Assembly: GCA_016927325.1 (NCBI GenBank)
Contig: JAFGMY010000043.1
Location: 2,612-66,611 of the forward strand
Direction: 5' to 3'
DNA from: Actinomycetota bacterium
Lineage (GTDB): Bacteria; Actinomycetota; Geothermincolia; Fen-727; Anoxymicrobiaceae
Length of the DNA stretch: 64,000 nt
Translations under genes and position numbers: made by a program
Part shown: in pieces, positions 1-9,700 of the stretch
Layout: the number at the start of each line of letters is the position of its first letter
Position numbering within the stretch: position 1 is the first letter of the stretch
The notes under the pieces: generated by a model
The model's database searches: none
What the model was told of the DNA's origin: nothing
What the model saw: the letters and a program-made list of their open reading frames with translations, nothing else

Positions 1-865
1 CGACGCCGTGGCCCAGCGAGTGTGTGAAGTTTTCCCCATAACCCTTCTCCTGAAGATAATTCCTCGCGGCTTTATCTACCGACGATGCTTCAACCCCCGG
101 CCGGATCGACTCGAGCGCCCTTTTTACCGCCTGGTCAACTGCAAGATATGCTTCATTTTCACGGTTGGAGGTGGGCGGCACTTTGATTGTGCGGGTGGTG
201 TCGCTCCTGTAGCCGCCGGCTTCGGCCCCGAAGTCGACGACAACGAGATCGCCTTCCTGTACCACCCGGTCCGTTATGCCCGCGTGTGGTTTTGAAGAGT
301 TCGGCCCGGATGCGACTATCGTCTCGAACGCAGGGGCGTCCGCGCCGGCCAGGACCATACGGTAATCGAGCTCGGCCGCCAGCTTCCTTTCGCTGATTCC
401 GGCTTTGATGAGGGGCAGCACCTGATTGAACCCTTCTTCCGCGAAGCATACCGCCCTTCGTATCAGTTCTATTTCCCCCGGCTCCTTGAATGTCCTCAAC
501 TCCTCGACGGCGCCTTCAACCGGCTTCAGGAGAGAGTGTTCCGGCAAGCCTTCGCTTAACCGTGAATAAAAGTCGAAGGAGAGGGTACTCTCGAAACCTG
601 TTGTACCACCGGGCAGAAGGTCCGAAATCGTACCGACGAGGTCTCCGGTGTAGATACTGATATCAAGACCGGGGCACTCCGCGGCTGCCTGTTCCGAGTA
701 CCGGCCGTCGGTTACCAATACGGCCTTGGACGGCGCAACCACCAGGAACGCGCTGCTGCCGCTGAAGCCGGTCAGGTATCTGATGTTCTCCATCCTGGTG
801 ACCAGCAGGCAGACGAGAGCCATTTTATCGAGTCGTGACGCCAGCTTTGAGGTGCGGCTGTTCAT
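1..865 (-). CDS. Xaa-Pro aminopeptidase/dipeptidase, peptidase family M24B (N-terminal ~288 aa; C-terminus lies beyond the left edge)
   Basis: Absent from the ORF track because no stop codon lies in the window. Own translation of the minus strand from ATG 865-863: MNSRTSKLASRLDKMALVCLLVTRMENIRYLTGFSGS...GDLVVVDFGAEAGGYRSDTTRT...FTHSLGHGV. This is a creatinase-like N-domain plus M24 metal-ligand motifs. Its ATG overlaps the TGA of the upstream ORF (ATGA, 862-865). Confidence 0.85.
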   Translation of the reverse strand, partial: MNSRTSKLASRLDKMALVCLLVTRMENIRYLTGFSGSSAFLVVAPSKAVLVTDGRYSEQAAAECPGLDISIYTGDLVGTISDLLPGGTTGFESTLSFDFYSRLSEGLPEHSLLKPVEGAVEELRTFKEPGEIELIRRAVCFAEEGFNQVLPLIKAGISERKLAAELDYRMVLAGADAPAFETIVASGPNSSKPHAGITDRVVQEGDLVVVDFGAEAGGYRSDTTRTIKVPPTSNRENEAYLAVDQAVKRALESIRPGVEASSVDKAARNYLQEKGYGENFTHSLGHGV

Positions 866-3102
866 GGAGCCTTCTCCAGTGTTATGTCGCCGACGATCAT
901 TGCCGCCTGTACGTCACTATAACCCGGCACTTCGCGCAGATAGTAAAGGCCGCCGTCAGAAACCAGCTCCAGCCTGTTCCTTCCGGGGTTCAGTGTGACG
1001 CCTTCGAGCGGGAGATCGCGCGGGTGCCTGGATACGGGAAAAGAGCTTATTTTCACTCCGTTAAGAAAAACCGTCAGAGTGGTGTCCGGCCCGGGAGAGC
1101 CGGCCTCGAAATTCAGCCGGCACGCGACCGGCTCCTCATGCATTGAGTCGATCATGATCTCCGCCCTGGTGACCGCCGGGTGCCGGAATTTCCCTTCCGG
1201 ATCCATGTAAGACTGGTAAAAACCCTGTCCGTAGAGCGGGAATAAACCAGGCTTTTCCGCGGTCACTTTATAAACCACGCAGTCATTAAAGTTCTTCACC
1301 ATGTCCAGGCCGGGGGGGATCTTTTCCAGATCGATTTCTGCCGGGAACGGGAAGTTGAGGTCCCATCCTTTGGGAATTTCGTACAGGGCGGGGATTACCA
1401 GAACGTACTCCGTTTTCAACTCCTTCAGCAGTCCCGGGGTACCCTTGCCTGTTATGTCCATGATGCTCTGGCGGCGGGTTTCCTCTAATGAGTCGGCTCC
1501 AGCCCCGTTAATCAGCGGTTTCTTATGGATTCTCTGCTGAAAAAAGTAACCATAGTTGTAAAAGCTGTCAATGTAAAAGAGCGGATAAACAGCGGTCACC
1601 GGTTTGCCGGGCTGCGCTTCAAGCCAGCGGTAGTAGTCGGTCGTCTCTTTGGTGTTGAGCGAATAGAACGGCGGCACTATTGAAAACTCGAAAAGCACCA
1701 GGATTGAGACGATAACTATCGCCGGCAACTTCCATTTTTTAAGAAGTTCCAGTTCTATTATCTTTGACGCGGCGTACCCGCAGAGGACCGCCACGCAGAA
1801 CACGGTAATCATCCCGAACCGGGCGTACACCCTGAACTGAGGGACCAACCGGTGCAAAAGGTAGGATGGCATATATATTTTGACTCCGAACAGTGAAAAA
1901 GACGGCGGCATGGAGACAAAAAAAGCAAACAGCCCGCATGCGGCGAAGGAGAAGATCAGCCGGTCTGGGGTTATCGCCCGGGTTATTTCCTTTTGCGCCG
2001 ACCCGCCGTTTGGTTCGGCGCTCTCCGGTGGTTCCTGTTTTTGATACGGCTCCTCAAAACCGCCTGAGGGTTTTTCGTTCTTCTTTCTTACAAGGCCGGC
2101 GAACGCTGTCACCACCGCGAAGATTGCTAGAAAAAGGGGAACATAACCTGGAAAAAGAGAGTTCTCGACAGTGAAGCTCCCGTGAATATTGTTCACGATA
2201 AAGTCCCGGGTCAGGTATCCGAGCGCGCTGCTTTCGGCATGGGGGATTAGATAGTCCCACGGTCTCGCCGAATACTTGTAAGCCTCGCTTATATTCCTTC
2301 CGCCGGCGGCTGGAGAGCCTGTGAATACGGTAAACAGAACGGCGATGATTATAAATACTGCAATGATGAAGGGAAGGGTTTTAAGAAGGCCGGTTACGTC
2401 CCTGCTCTTTTTTTTCAATGGACGGCCCGAAAGCCATAGTGCTAACGAGAAGAAGAGTGCGCAAACACCTGCAATAAAACCGTACTGGTAGTTATACAGG
2501 GTTATGAGAACGAACACCGCGCTGCAGCCGATAAGGTTACCGAGACTCCTTTGTGTCCATGACCTGATCAGCAGGAGGAAAAAGAGGGGTATCCAGAAAA
2601 CGGCTGTTAAGCCGAGGTGCTCCTTTCCCTGTACCAGTATGAACGGGCAGAAGCCGAGCACGAAGCCCGACAGGACGGCCGCGTAAATATTGCCGGTAAG
2701 GTACTTGACAAGGTAATAAGAGAATACTGCTGTCAGAAAAAACGATAACAGGAGGATGATGTTGTAGGCGATCGTCTCGGTTGAGATGATCGAAAGAAAC
2801 CGGGCCCCCAGGTTGAACAGCGGGTCGGTCCGGTAGGGATTGATGTTCAGCCCCGAGGGAACTCCGACGATGCTGACAGGTGTAACGGGGATCTGCTCGA
2901 AGAACGAGTACCTCAGCCACCAGAGCCACCACAGGCCGCCGAGGGGATCTTTAGGATCGGCATATGTCCGTGATGTCAGTGTGATGGCCGGGTAGGTCAT
3001 AATCAATACCACTGCGGCGTATGCGGAAAATATGAGGGGTTCGCGGGACAGCGATTTTAGAGTGAAAAAAGCCCTGATCTTCCCGCCCGCGTTCTTAAGC
3101 AT
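862..3102 (-). CDS. large polytopic membrane protein, putative GT-C-fold (ArnT/PMT/YfhO-like) glycosyltransferase; paralog of 14435-16774
   Basis: 746-aa ORF. The N-terminal two thirds are many hydrophobic helices; the C-terminal ~250 aa look soluble and beta-rich. Motifs MTYPAI, GGLWWLWWL and LFFLLLIRSW are mirrored in the 779-aa ORF at 14435-16774. Family assignment rests on architecture only. Confidence 0.6.
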   Translation of the reverse strand: MLKNAGGKIRAFFTLKSLSREPLIFSAYAAVVLIMTYPAITLTSRTYADPKDPLGGLWWLWWLRYSFFEQIPVTPVSIVGVPSGLNINPYRTDPLFNLGARFLSIISTETIAYNIILLLSFFLTAVFSYYLVKYLTGNIYAAVLSGFVLGFCPFILVQGKEHLGLTAVFWIPLFFLLLIRSWTQRSLGNLIGCSAVFVLITLYNYQYGFIAGVCALFFSLALWLSGRPLKKKSRDVTGLLKTLPFIIAVFIIIAVLFTVFTGSPAAGGRNISEAYKYSARPWDYLIPHAESSALGYLTRDFIVNNIHGSFTVENSLFPGYVPLFLAIFAVVTAFAGLVRKKNEKPSGGFEEPYQKQEPPESAEPNGGSAQKEITRAITPDRLIFSFAACGLFAFFVSMPPSFSLFGVKIYMPSYLLHRLVPQFRVYARFGMITVFCVAVLCGYAASKIIELELLKKWKLPAIVIVSILVLFEFSIVPPFYSLNTKETTDYYRWLEAQPGKPVTAVYPLFYIDSFYNYGYFFQQRIHKKPLINGAGADSLEETRRQSIMDITGKGTPGLLKELKTEYVLVIPALYEIPKGWDLNFPFPAEIDLEKIPPGLDMVKNFNDCVVYKVTAEKPGLFPLYGQGFYQSYMDPEGKFRHPAVTRAEIMIDSMHEEPVACRLNFEAGSPGPDTTLTVFLNGVKISSFPVSRHPRDLPLEGVTLNPGRNRLELVSDGGLYYLREVPGYSDVQAAMIVGDITLEKAP

Positions 3103-3226
3103 CTTTAATCAGTCCTTTTCCCATCTTGAAAGAGGCGGACTCACGCCTCGCGACAAGTGCTGGAAAGCACCCGGCGGCGTCATCATCATGCAACCTCTTG
3201 AACCTTAGTGCATAATTGTACTGTAT

Positions 3227-3946
3227 ATGGGGAGGTTTGTATTGAAGGACATAAGCAGTATCGGCCAGGTGGTTACCGCAAGGCACAGGTTTCTGATGAA
3301 GATGGCGGGAGACCTGGGCGGAATCGATATACTCGATCTCGGATGCAGCTTCGGCTGGTTTGAGCAAAGAGCTCTCCGGGACAGGGCGTCGAGGGTGGTG
3401 GGTCTGGACCTGGACCCGGTACAGATAAGAAGAGCTGAATCGGAAGCGCACGGGGCGGAACTGCACGTCAGGGACATCACCAGCGAACTGGCGGACCTTG
3501 GGAGTTTCGATCTGGTTTGTGCCTTCGACGCTGTCGAGCACCTGCCGAAGGGGTCGGAGGCCGGTTTCCTGGAAAACGTCATGGCGGTGCTCAAGCCTGG
3601 CGGCCGCCTGCTGATCTCGGTGCCTTACCGAAGTTTTTTTTCATGTACCCTCGATCCGGCGTTCTACTTCGGCCACAGGCACTACAGTCTCGACTCAATG
3701 GAAGCGCTTCTGCGGGCGTCCGGGTTCAGCGTCACCGGACGGGCTTTCGCAGGAGGCCCATGGTGGATGTTTTCAATGATATGGCTGTATATGTTCAAGT
3801 GGGTGTTCCGCCGCGATATGCCCTTTTATCGGTTTCTGGAGGAAAAACGCACCGGCGAGCACGAGAGATTTACGCGGAGTCCCGGCTTGCGCTCGTTTGC
3901 TACGATGTTCATCGAGGCCCGGCCCTGCCCATCACGTGCGGTTTAA
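3227..3946 (+). CDS. class I SAM-dependent methyltransferase
   Basis: 239-aa ORF with the SAM-binding motif I ILDLGCSFGWF, and AFDAVEHL plus LKPGGRLLISVP typical of Methyltransf_11/23-type enzymes. Its 3' end overlaps the convergent ORF 3909-4667 by 38 nt. Confidence 0.8.
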   Translation: MGRFVLKDISSIGQVVTARHRFLMKMAGDLGGIDILDLGCSFGWFEQRALRDRASRVVGLDLDPVQIRRAESEAHGAELHVRDITSELADLGSFDLVCAFDAVEHLPKGSEAGFLENVMAVLKPGGRLLISVPYRSFFSCTLDPAFYFGHRHYSLDSMEALLRASGFSVTGRAFAGGPWWMFSMIWLYMFKWVFRRDMPFYRFLEEKRTGEHERFTRSPGLRSFATMFIEARPCPSRAV

Positions 3947-4667
3947 CGCACTTGACGTTCATGAAAGCGGCATGGTGGTTGTCAAGCCTGCAGAGAAAAT
4001 CGGCAAGTTGGCCGGTAAAGGGGAAGTAGCCTGCGCCGAGGAACGTTTCCACCGGAAGCCCGTTCACCTCGCAGATCTCCACCAGGGCTTTTGGTGCCAT
4101 GACGCGCCGGTGCTGCAAGGGTCCGGGAACTCCAATTGATTTACGGTGGGCGGCCATGGGGTTTCCGATCCCCAACCTGGCTGAGCTGATATTGGTAAGG
4201 GAGAAAGGCTGCCATCCCAGAACCAGTGAGGCCACGTTTGGCCAACTGGCCAGGTTTTCGGTTGAAATTACAGCGAAACCTCCAGGCTTGAGAACGCGGT
4301 TGATTTCGCGCAGTAGGTGGTCGGTGTCCGGGAGGTGCTCGATAACCTGATTCAGGACTACCACATCGCACAGTTCATCCTCGAGCGGAAACCGCTTGTT
4401 CAAATCACCTTGAACCACTTCAACCCCGGCTTTTAAGGCTTTATGTCCCTGGGAAAGGTTGATCTCTATACCTATGGTTCTCGAGGCTCCCGAGGCACTG
4501 GAAACCTCCATGGTGAACGCCCCGTCGTCACAACCGCAATCGAGCAGTGTGCCGGCGTTTTTGCCCACAAGGGAAACGATCGCCCTCCTGTTCTTATCAC
4601 GGGCTTCGTTCCATATTTTTTTCAACATTCCTGCGAAAACCATATTCCACCGCCCTATTGGTGCCAT
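3909..4667 (-). CDS. class I SAM-dependent methyltransferase
   Basis: 252-aa ORF with motif I LLDCGCDDGAF, then VVLNQVIEHL and VLKPGGFAVISTEN. Its start overlaps the end of the upstream GT2 gene by 13 nt. Confidence 0.8.
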   Translation of the reverse strand: MAPIGRWNMVFAGMLKKIWNEARDKNRRAIVSLVGKNAGTLLDCGCDDGAFTMEVSSASGASRTIGIEINLSQGHKALKAGVEVVQGDLNKRFPLEDELCDVVVLNQVIEHLPDTDHLLREINRVLKPGGFAVISTENLASWPNVASLVLGWQPFSLTNISSARLGIGNPMAAHRKSIGVPGPLQHRRVMAPKALVEICEVNGLPVETFLGAGYFPFTGQLADFLCRLDNHHAAFMNVKCVKPHVMGRAGPR

Positions 4668-5683
4668 TTATTACGGGTATGCTGTCTGGGCCTTACCCGG
4701 CCTTCGATGACCCCGAATGCATATACCACCAGAGTTATGACGCATGCCGGGATGTGCAGCAGCCATGCGCTGTCCCGTTCGTGGAGACAGCCTTTTATTG
4801 CCTGGCAAGCGAGGGGAAAAACAAGCATGGTGTACACGATAAACTTCAACAGGCCGGTCTTTTTCTGCCGGCTCCAGGGATACGTTCTCATTCCCTTGTC
4901 CTGGAAGTAGGAGAAGTCGCGCACGCGGCGCAGCTGCTTTCTCGAGAAGTCGCCGAGGCCCCTGCCATAGAGGTGGACAATGCCCGTTTTTACCTTGGCG
5001 AACCTGATGTGCCCCTTCTCGACAAGCTGGTGAACGACATCGATGTCGAAAAGGTACTCTCCGATGCCGAGTGAATCAAGAAGTTCGCGCCTGACCATGA
5101 AGCCGTTCGCTCCGATTGTGGGTATTTCTGTCGGGGTCAGTATCACCTCCAGGTAATCACCTTTGTCCACAGTCTCTAGCTCCATTCCGGTCCAGGTGCC
5201 TGAAAGGACGCTTTCCCGGTCGTAGTTGCCGATAAAATAGCAGACAGGGTCGTTCATTCCGAGAAGCGCGCAGTACCTGGTGAGGATCGGATCGCCCTTG
5301 CGGTACTCGAACCTCAACGGCTCGCTCCCCGCGATCGCGCGGTCTCTGAAAGGCGCCGCCATCAGTGACATCCAGTCCGGTCCGGGAAGGATGTTGTCGC
5401 TGTCGATCAGTGCCACGATATCACCGGTGGACGCTTTGAGCCCCCGGGCCTTTCCCGCCTCTCCGGTCTTTCCGGGATTGTCGACGACCCTGCATTTGAA
5501 GTCCGCGGCTGTCTCCAGTGTGTTGTCGGCGGAACCGCCATCAGCGATTACTATTTCGATGCCGCCGCTGTAGTCCTGGCTTCGTATGCTTTCAAGGCAC
5601 CTCCGGAGCGTCTTGCCGGCGTTCAGTGTCGGGATAACAACACTTATGTCCGGATTAGAAGCTGTTTCAGGCTTTCTATCCAT
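4655..5683 (-). CDS. glycosyltransferase family 2
   Basis: ISVVIPTLNAGKTLRRCLESIRSQDY...EIVIADGGSADNT...ALIDSDN (GT-A fold with DxD). I place the start at Met36 of the listed ORF (ATG 5683-5681), which shares one nucleotide with the TAA of the upstream gene (TAATG). The longer listed ORF (to 5788) would lie inside the upstream gene. Confidence 0.8.
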   Translation of the reverse strand: MDRKPETASNPDISVVIPTLNAGKTLRRCLESIRSQDYSGGIEIVIADGGSADNTLETAADFKCRVVDNPGKTGEAGKARGLKASTGDIVALIDSDNILPGPDWMSLMAAPFRDRAIAGSEPLRFEYRKGDPILTRYCALLGMNDPVCYFIGNYDRESVLSGTWTGMELETVDKGDYLEVILTPTEIPTIGANGFMVRRELLDSLGIGEYLFDIDVVHQLVEKGHIRFAKVKTGIVHLYGRGLGDFSRKQLRRVRDFSYFQDKGMRTYPWSRQKKTGLLKFIVYTMLVFPLACQAIKGCLHERDSAWLLHIPACVITLVVYAFGVIEGRVRPRQHTRNKWHQ

Positions 5684-6939
5684 TACCACTTGCCGCTCTC
5701 TTCCCTTCTGCGTATTGCTTCCGCGATAGCGCCGGCTTCCATGGCAGCTACCGCACTCCACGTAAACTTCATGGCGAACCGGCGGCACTCCTCCGACCTG
5801 GACCGGAGAGACTCTTCGTCACCGAGGAGACCGGTTACGACTTCCGCGAACTGTTTGATGTCGCCAGGCTTGACGGTTATGACATGATGTTTGAATATCT
5901 TTCGGTAGTGAGGAAGCTTGCAGGCCACCGGCACCAGCCCTCTCGACATTGCTTCCAGGAGGCTGATGCCGAAGCCCTCTTCACGGCTTGCCGTTATAAA
6001 GAGCAGGCTGGACGCCAGTACGAGATCGACCTCTTCCCTGGAAAGATAACCCATGAGCTTGACGCTGCTATCGAGATCCAGCCTCCGCACTTCTTTCGAC
6101 AGCTGTTCTTCCACATCACGAGGCCCGGTTCCGACGATTGCCAGTTTGCTACCCGGCCTGATTTTCAGAACCGCTTTCCAGATGTCGAGCAGGTCAAGAA
6201 CGCCTTTGGAATGATGGAGCCTGCCGAGATAGCAGGCATCGAACCTCTTGGTAATGCCCGGGTGCGGCTCCGGGATATCGGTACCCATCCGTGTGACGAA
6301 GATGTTGTCCTCCCTGAAACCTTTACCGGTCAGCTGCTTCTTCAAGAGGGGATTATCGACTATTACCATATCTGCCAGCCTTGCGGCAAGAAGGAGGCTC
6401 GCTTTCTGGCTCAGGTAGGATATGGTATTGGAAACGGCGGAGCCACGTCTTTCACTGGGGTGAGGAATCAGGTGATAGACACACTGCACCCAGAAAGAGT
6501 TCCTGCCTTTCAGTATCCGCCCTATTGAAGCCGGCAGAACATCTGGTAGCATGTCCGATGCGCTATAGAACAGGATCCTGGGGCTTTTCCAGGGTATATA
6601 AAAAGGAGCGGTCAGTCCTCTTGCGAGGTACATACCCGCTATACCGAGGTTGCCCGCCCACGAGGGGGGGAGAACCAGGTAGGGGCCCCCGAAGCCCTCC
6701 ATCTCACAGTTCTGTCTTCCAACTTCGGGGGTCATCACAATAACCATCGTTCCGCTGTCACGCCAGTGGCGGGCCACTTCCACGAAATGTTTAGTTCCCC
6801 CTGATGCTTCCGGAGTGCGGGTGAACGCGTTTGAAAGAAACAGCGCGGTCCATCCGGACGGCAGGGTTGCGCCGCCTTCCGGTTCCATCTGTTCCTTTTT
6901 ATTTGATTCCCGTTCCCCGCGTTCCCTGTTCCCACTCAT
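5683..6939 (-). CDS. GT-B fold glycosyltransferase (family 4-like)
   Basis: 418-aa ORF with the C-terminal signature ASREEGFGISLLEAMSRGLVPVA (E-x7-E type GT4 motif). Its ATG directly follows the TAA of the upstream radical SAM gene with no spacer. Confidence 0.8.
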   Translation of the reverse strand: MSGNRERGERESNKKEQMEPEGGATLPSGWTALFLSNAFTRTPEASGGTKHFVEVARHWRDSGTMVIVMTPEVGRQNCEMEGFGGPYLVLPPSWAGNLGIAGMYLARGLTAPFYIPWKSPRILFYSASDMLPDVLPASIGRILKGRNSFWVQCVYHLIPHPSERRGSAVSNTISYLSQKASLLLAARLADMVIVDNPLLKKQLTGKGFREDNIFVTRMGTDIPEPHPGITKRFDACYLGRLHHSKGVLDLLDIWKAVLKIRPGSKLAIVGTGPRDVEEQLSKEVRRLDLDSSVKLMGYLSREEVDLVLASSLLFITASREEGFGISLLEAMSRGLVPVACKLPHYRKIFKHHVITVKPGDIKQFAEVVTGLLGDEESLRSRSEECRRFAMKFTWSAVAAMEAGAIAEAIRRREESGKW

Positions 6940-8403
6940 TTAGCGCTCCCAGTACTTGAGAATTCTTAATATCACATCAAGCAGGTGCCACTCCGGGGCG
7001 AGCCGGAAAAACCTCCTCTTCCACCTGAACCTTGCTGAACTGTTGAATAACCTGTAAGCCGCCGAGAAAAGCCTGCGCCCTGAAAGAACACCCCGTTCCC
7101 TGTATTCACCCGCGGTAAAGTCAAAGCTGGTAAGCAGGCCTACCGTTCTGAGGATATTGCGCCGCCGCCTGTTCAGCCAGGGCAGGTTTTCAACCGCGCC
7201 GTAACGGTATCTGCTCCATTCTTCCAGGGATCCCGGCTCACGGAAACCGTTCGCCGTTACTGTAGGGTAAAGAGGGGTTCCGGGGAAAGGAGTATAGATC
7301 GATATTCCAGGTTGGAGTTTTTTGTCGATGCCCGCGAGTTCGTCTATTAGATCGAAGGTCGCATTGAGTTCACTTTCGGTTTCATCAGGGAACCCGGCCA
7401 TGAAATTTACGCCACACACTATATCGTTTTCTTTCAGACGGCGCGTAGTCAGGCGCATGAATTCAGGGGTAATACCTTTGCAGATTGTGTCCAGCACCTT
7501 CTGGGAACCCGACTCTCCCCCGAAACTCATCCAGTCGCAGCCGGTCTCTTTCATAAGCTTGAGCAGTTCGTCGTCGTAGTCCATCGCGTAGTCGAACCTT
7601 GAACTGATCACCCATTTGAAATCAAGTCCACGCTCCATCTTTCCGCGGGCAATCGCGGCCATTCTTTTTTTGCTGGCGCCGAAGTTATCGTCACTCGGCC
7701 ATATCTCGTCCGGCCCCAACTCCTCCATTATGTATTCAAGCTCGTCTAGAACGCGCTCGACCGACTTCGCCCGCCATTTACGCTTATGGACGATTTCGTT
7801 ATAGCAGAAGCCGCAGTTATGGGGACAGCCCCGGCTCGATTCAAAGTAGACCCGCGAGGGTTTCTCGCTGAAGTGGACGTAGCGCTCCGGCTTGATAAGG
7901 CGGTAGGGGAGAAAAGGCAGTTCGTCCAGTTCCAGGAACGGCGTATCCCCGGTGTCTATGATCTCGCCATCTTTTATGAGGGTAAGGCCGGAGACCGAGG
8001 TGGGCTCTTTACCCCTTTCCACCGCCTCGACCAGATTCAGGAAACTCTTTTCTCCTTCACCACGGACTACGATGTCGACGAGCGGGTGGGAGGCTGTCTG
8101 GTGCGCGGTAATCGTCGCGTGTACGCCGCCCCACACTATAAGCTTATCCGGGGCTTTCTCCCTTATATGCGCCGCGGTCTTCAACGCACCCTCTATCGGT
8201 GGTCCGCTGTAACTCGATATTCCGACGATGTCGAACACCCGTGGATCGACCGACTCGATGTCTTCAACCTGGCCATCCAGCAGCCGTACCTCGTGGCCCG
8301 CCTCAATCAGTACCCCCGCGATAGGCAGGAGTGAATAGGGAAACCGCGCAGCCAGAGTTTTCATAGGTGGATAGACAAGCAGTATTCTGGCCATGAGACT
8401 CAC
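6940..8403 (-). CDS. B12-binding-domain radical SAM protein (class B radical SAM)
   Basis: N-terminal Rossmann-like cobalamin-binding region (ILLVYPP...DIVGISSYS...LIVWGGVHAT...VVRGEGE), then SSRGCPHNCGFCYN (Cx3Cx2C). GTG start. Confidence 0.8.
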   Translation of the reverse strand: MSLMARILLVYPPMKTLAARFPYSLLPIAGVLIEAGHEVRLLDGQVEDIESVDPRVFDIVGISSYSGPPIEGALKTAAHIREKAPDKLIVWGGVHATITAHQTASHPLVDIVVRGEGEKSFLNLVEAVERGKEPTSVSGLTLIKDGEIIDTGDTPFLELDELPFLPYRLIKPERYVHFSEKPSRVYFESSRGCPHNCGFCYNEIVHKRKWRAKSVERVLDELEYIMEELGPDEIWPSDDNFGASKKRMAAIARGKMERGLDFKWVISSRFDYAMDYDDELLKLMKETGCDWMSFGGESGSQKVLDTICKGITPEFMRLTTRRLKENDIVCGVNFMAGFPDETESELNATFDLIDELAGIDKKLQPGISIYTPFPGTPLYPTVTANGFREPGSLEEWSRYRYGAVENLPWLNRRRRNILRTVGLLTSFDFTAGEYRERGVLSGRRLFSAAYRLFNSSARFRWKRRFFRLAPEWHLLDVILRILKYWER

Positions 8404-8455
8404 ACACCCCCGGTAATGGTGTCAGTAATACCCGTTGTCTGCAGAGTTCGGACTT

Positions 8456-9361
8456 TTACCTCGCGGCGAGCACCGCTATTTCGTTTTGCAAAGGCCACGT
8501 ATACCACCCCGGTCTGATCAGCCGGCCTATCCTGGTAAAAAGAGGGAAGCTGAGGAAATACTGATGGTCTTTCTTGATCAGTTCAGCCCCACTTGCATTA
8601 ATCAGAGTCTTTATCTCTCTCATGGTGACCGGCCGTTCGTAGCCGAACGGCCAGCCGCGCTTAAGCACGGTAACAGCAATTCTTGGAAGCCAGTAACCGG
8701 GAGCACCGACCGGCGCCTGAACGAACGCCAGGTTTCCGCAGTCAAGGTGAGCCTCCAGGCAACGGCGCCTTTCGTCATCGGTCCTGTAATGTTCTATTAC
8801 CCCCGCGGAAAACGCGAGGCTGAACGCTTTCTTCTTGAACGGCGCGTGTTCCAGACGTGCGTAGACCAGGTTGCAGCTCTGGTTGAACCGTGCGAACAGA
8901 TCTCCGGCGGCACGCAGGGAAGGCCAGGAGTAGTCGAGCAGGGTAGTGCTTCCCACCGCTTCCGTGAGATTCAGCAGCAGGGAAAATGCGCCGGAGCCGC
9001 ACCCAAGTTCTATGCTGGATTCCATGGGAAGAGCGAGACCCTCGATCATTCTCAGTAGAGGATAATGTGATCTCAATACACCCGGATTTTGAACACCCCT
9101 TTCAATTGCGACGGCGATCGGGTTCTGGTCTTCGGTTTCGTAGTGCTCGTCCCAGTATCTATGCTGTCTGTCGGTTTGGGGAGAGCAGTCCAGTATACCT
9201 TCCCGCACCCGCAGGGTGTTCCCGCATCCGGTGCACAAAAGAATTCCCTCATTAATGGGGTGGGGAGCCTTATGGGCATGCATGTCCCGGAGCATAAACC
9301 CGCCGCCGCATGACCGGCATTCCATTTTTTCGATCAGCGTGCTTTCCAAGTCGATCACCAT
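8456..9361 (-). CDS. class I SAM methyltransferase with N-terminal Trm112-like zinc ribbon
   Basis: N-terminal CRSCGG...CTGCGN four-Cys ribbon, then motif I IELGCGSGAFSLLL and SAGVIEHY. Confidence 0.75.
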   Translation of the reverse strand: MVIDLESTLIEKMECRSCGGGFMLRDMHAHKAPHPINEGILLCTGCGNTLRVREGILDCSPQTDRQHRYWDEHYETEDQNPIAVAIERGVQNPGVLRSHYPLLRMIEGLALPMESSIELGCGSGAFSLLLNLTEAVGSTTLLDYSWPSLRAAGDLFARFNQSCNLVYARLEHAPFKKKAFSLAFSAGVIEHYRTDDERRRCLEAHLDCGNLAFVQAPVGAPGYWLPRIAVTVLKRGWPFGYERPVTMREIKTLINASGAELIKKDHQYFLSFPLFTRIGRLIRPGWYTWPLQNEIAVLAAR

Positions 9362-9700
9362 GAAAAAGATTCAAGTCGTTAAATATCGATTTACTCAAGG
9401 CCCGCCCGGCTTTTTGGAAAAATCCCGCCGGGAAGAACCGCAACCATCGCTGTTCCTTATATTCTGCTGTTTCGACTCTTGACACCTTTAACCCTGCCGG
9501 TTGTCAAGTATCCATCTAGAAGCCGCGGCTTTCCGCTCCGGTGAGGCTTCCCAAAGGCTGAGAGCCGCCGTCTCAGACAAAGAGTTTATGCAGACACTGT
9601 GTTCAGGGAGGATATTGTGTGGAAAGAGGAAAAAAGCAACGGTGCAAGAAAAGTGATTTAGTAACGTCAAGAAGCGATATCCATAGGCGGCTGGTGCAAA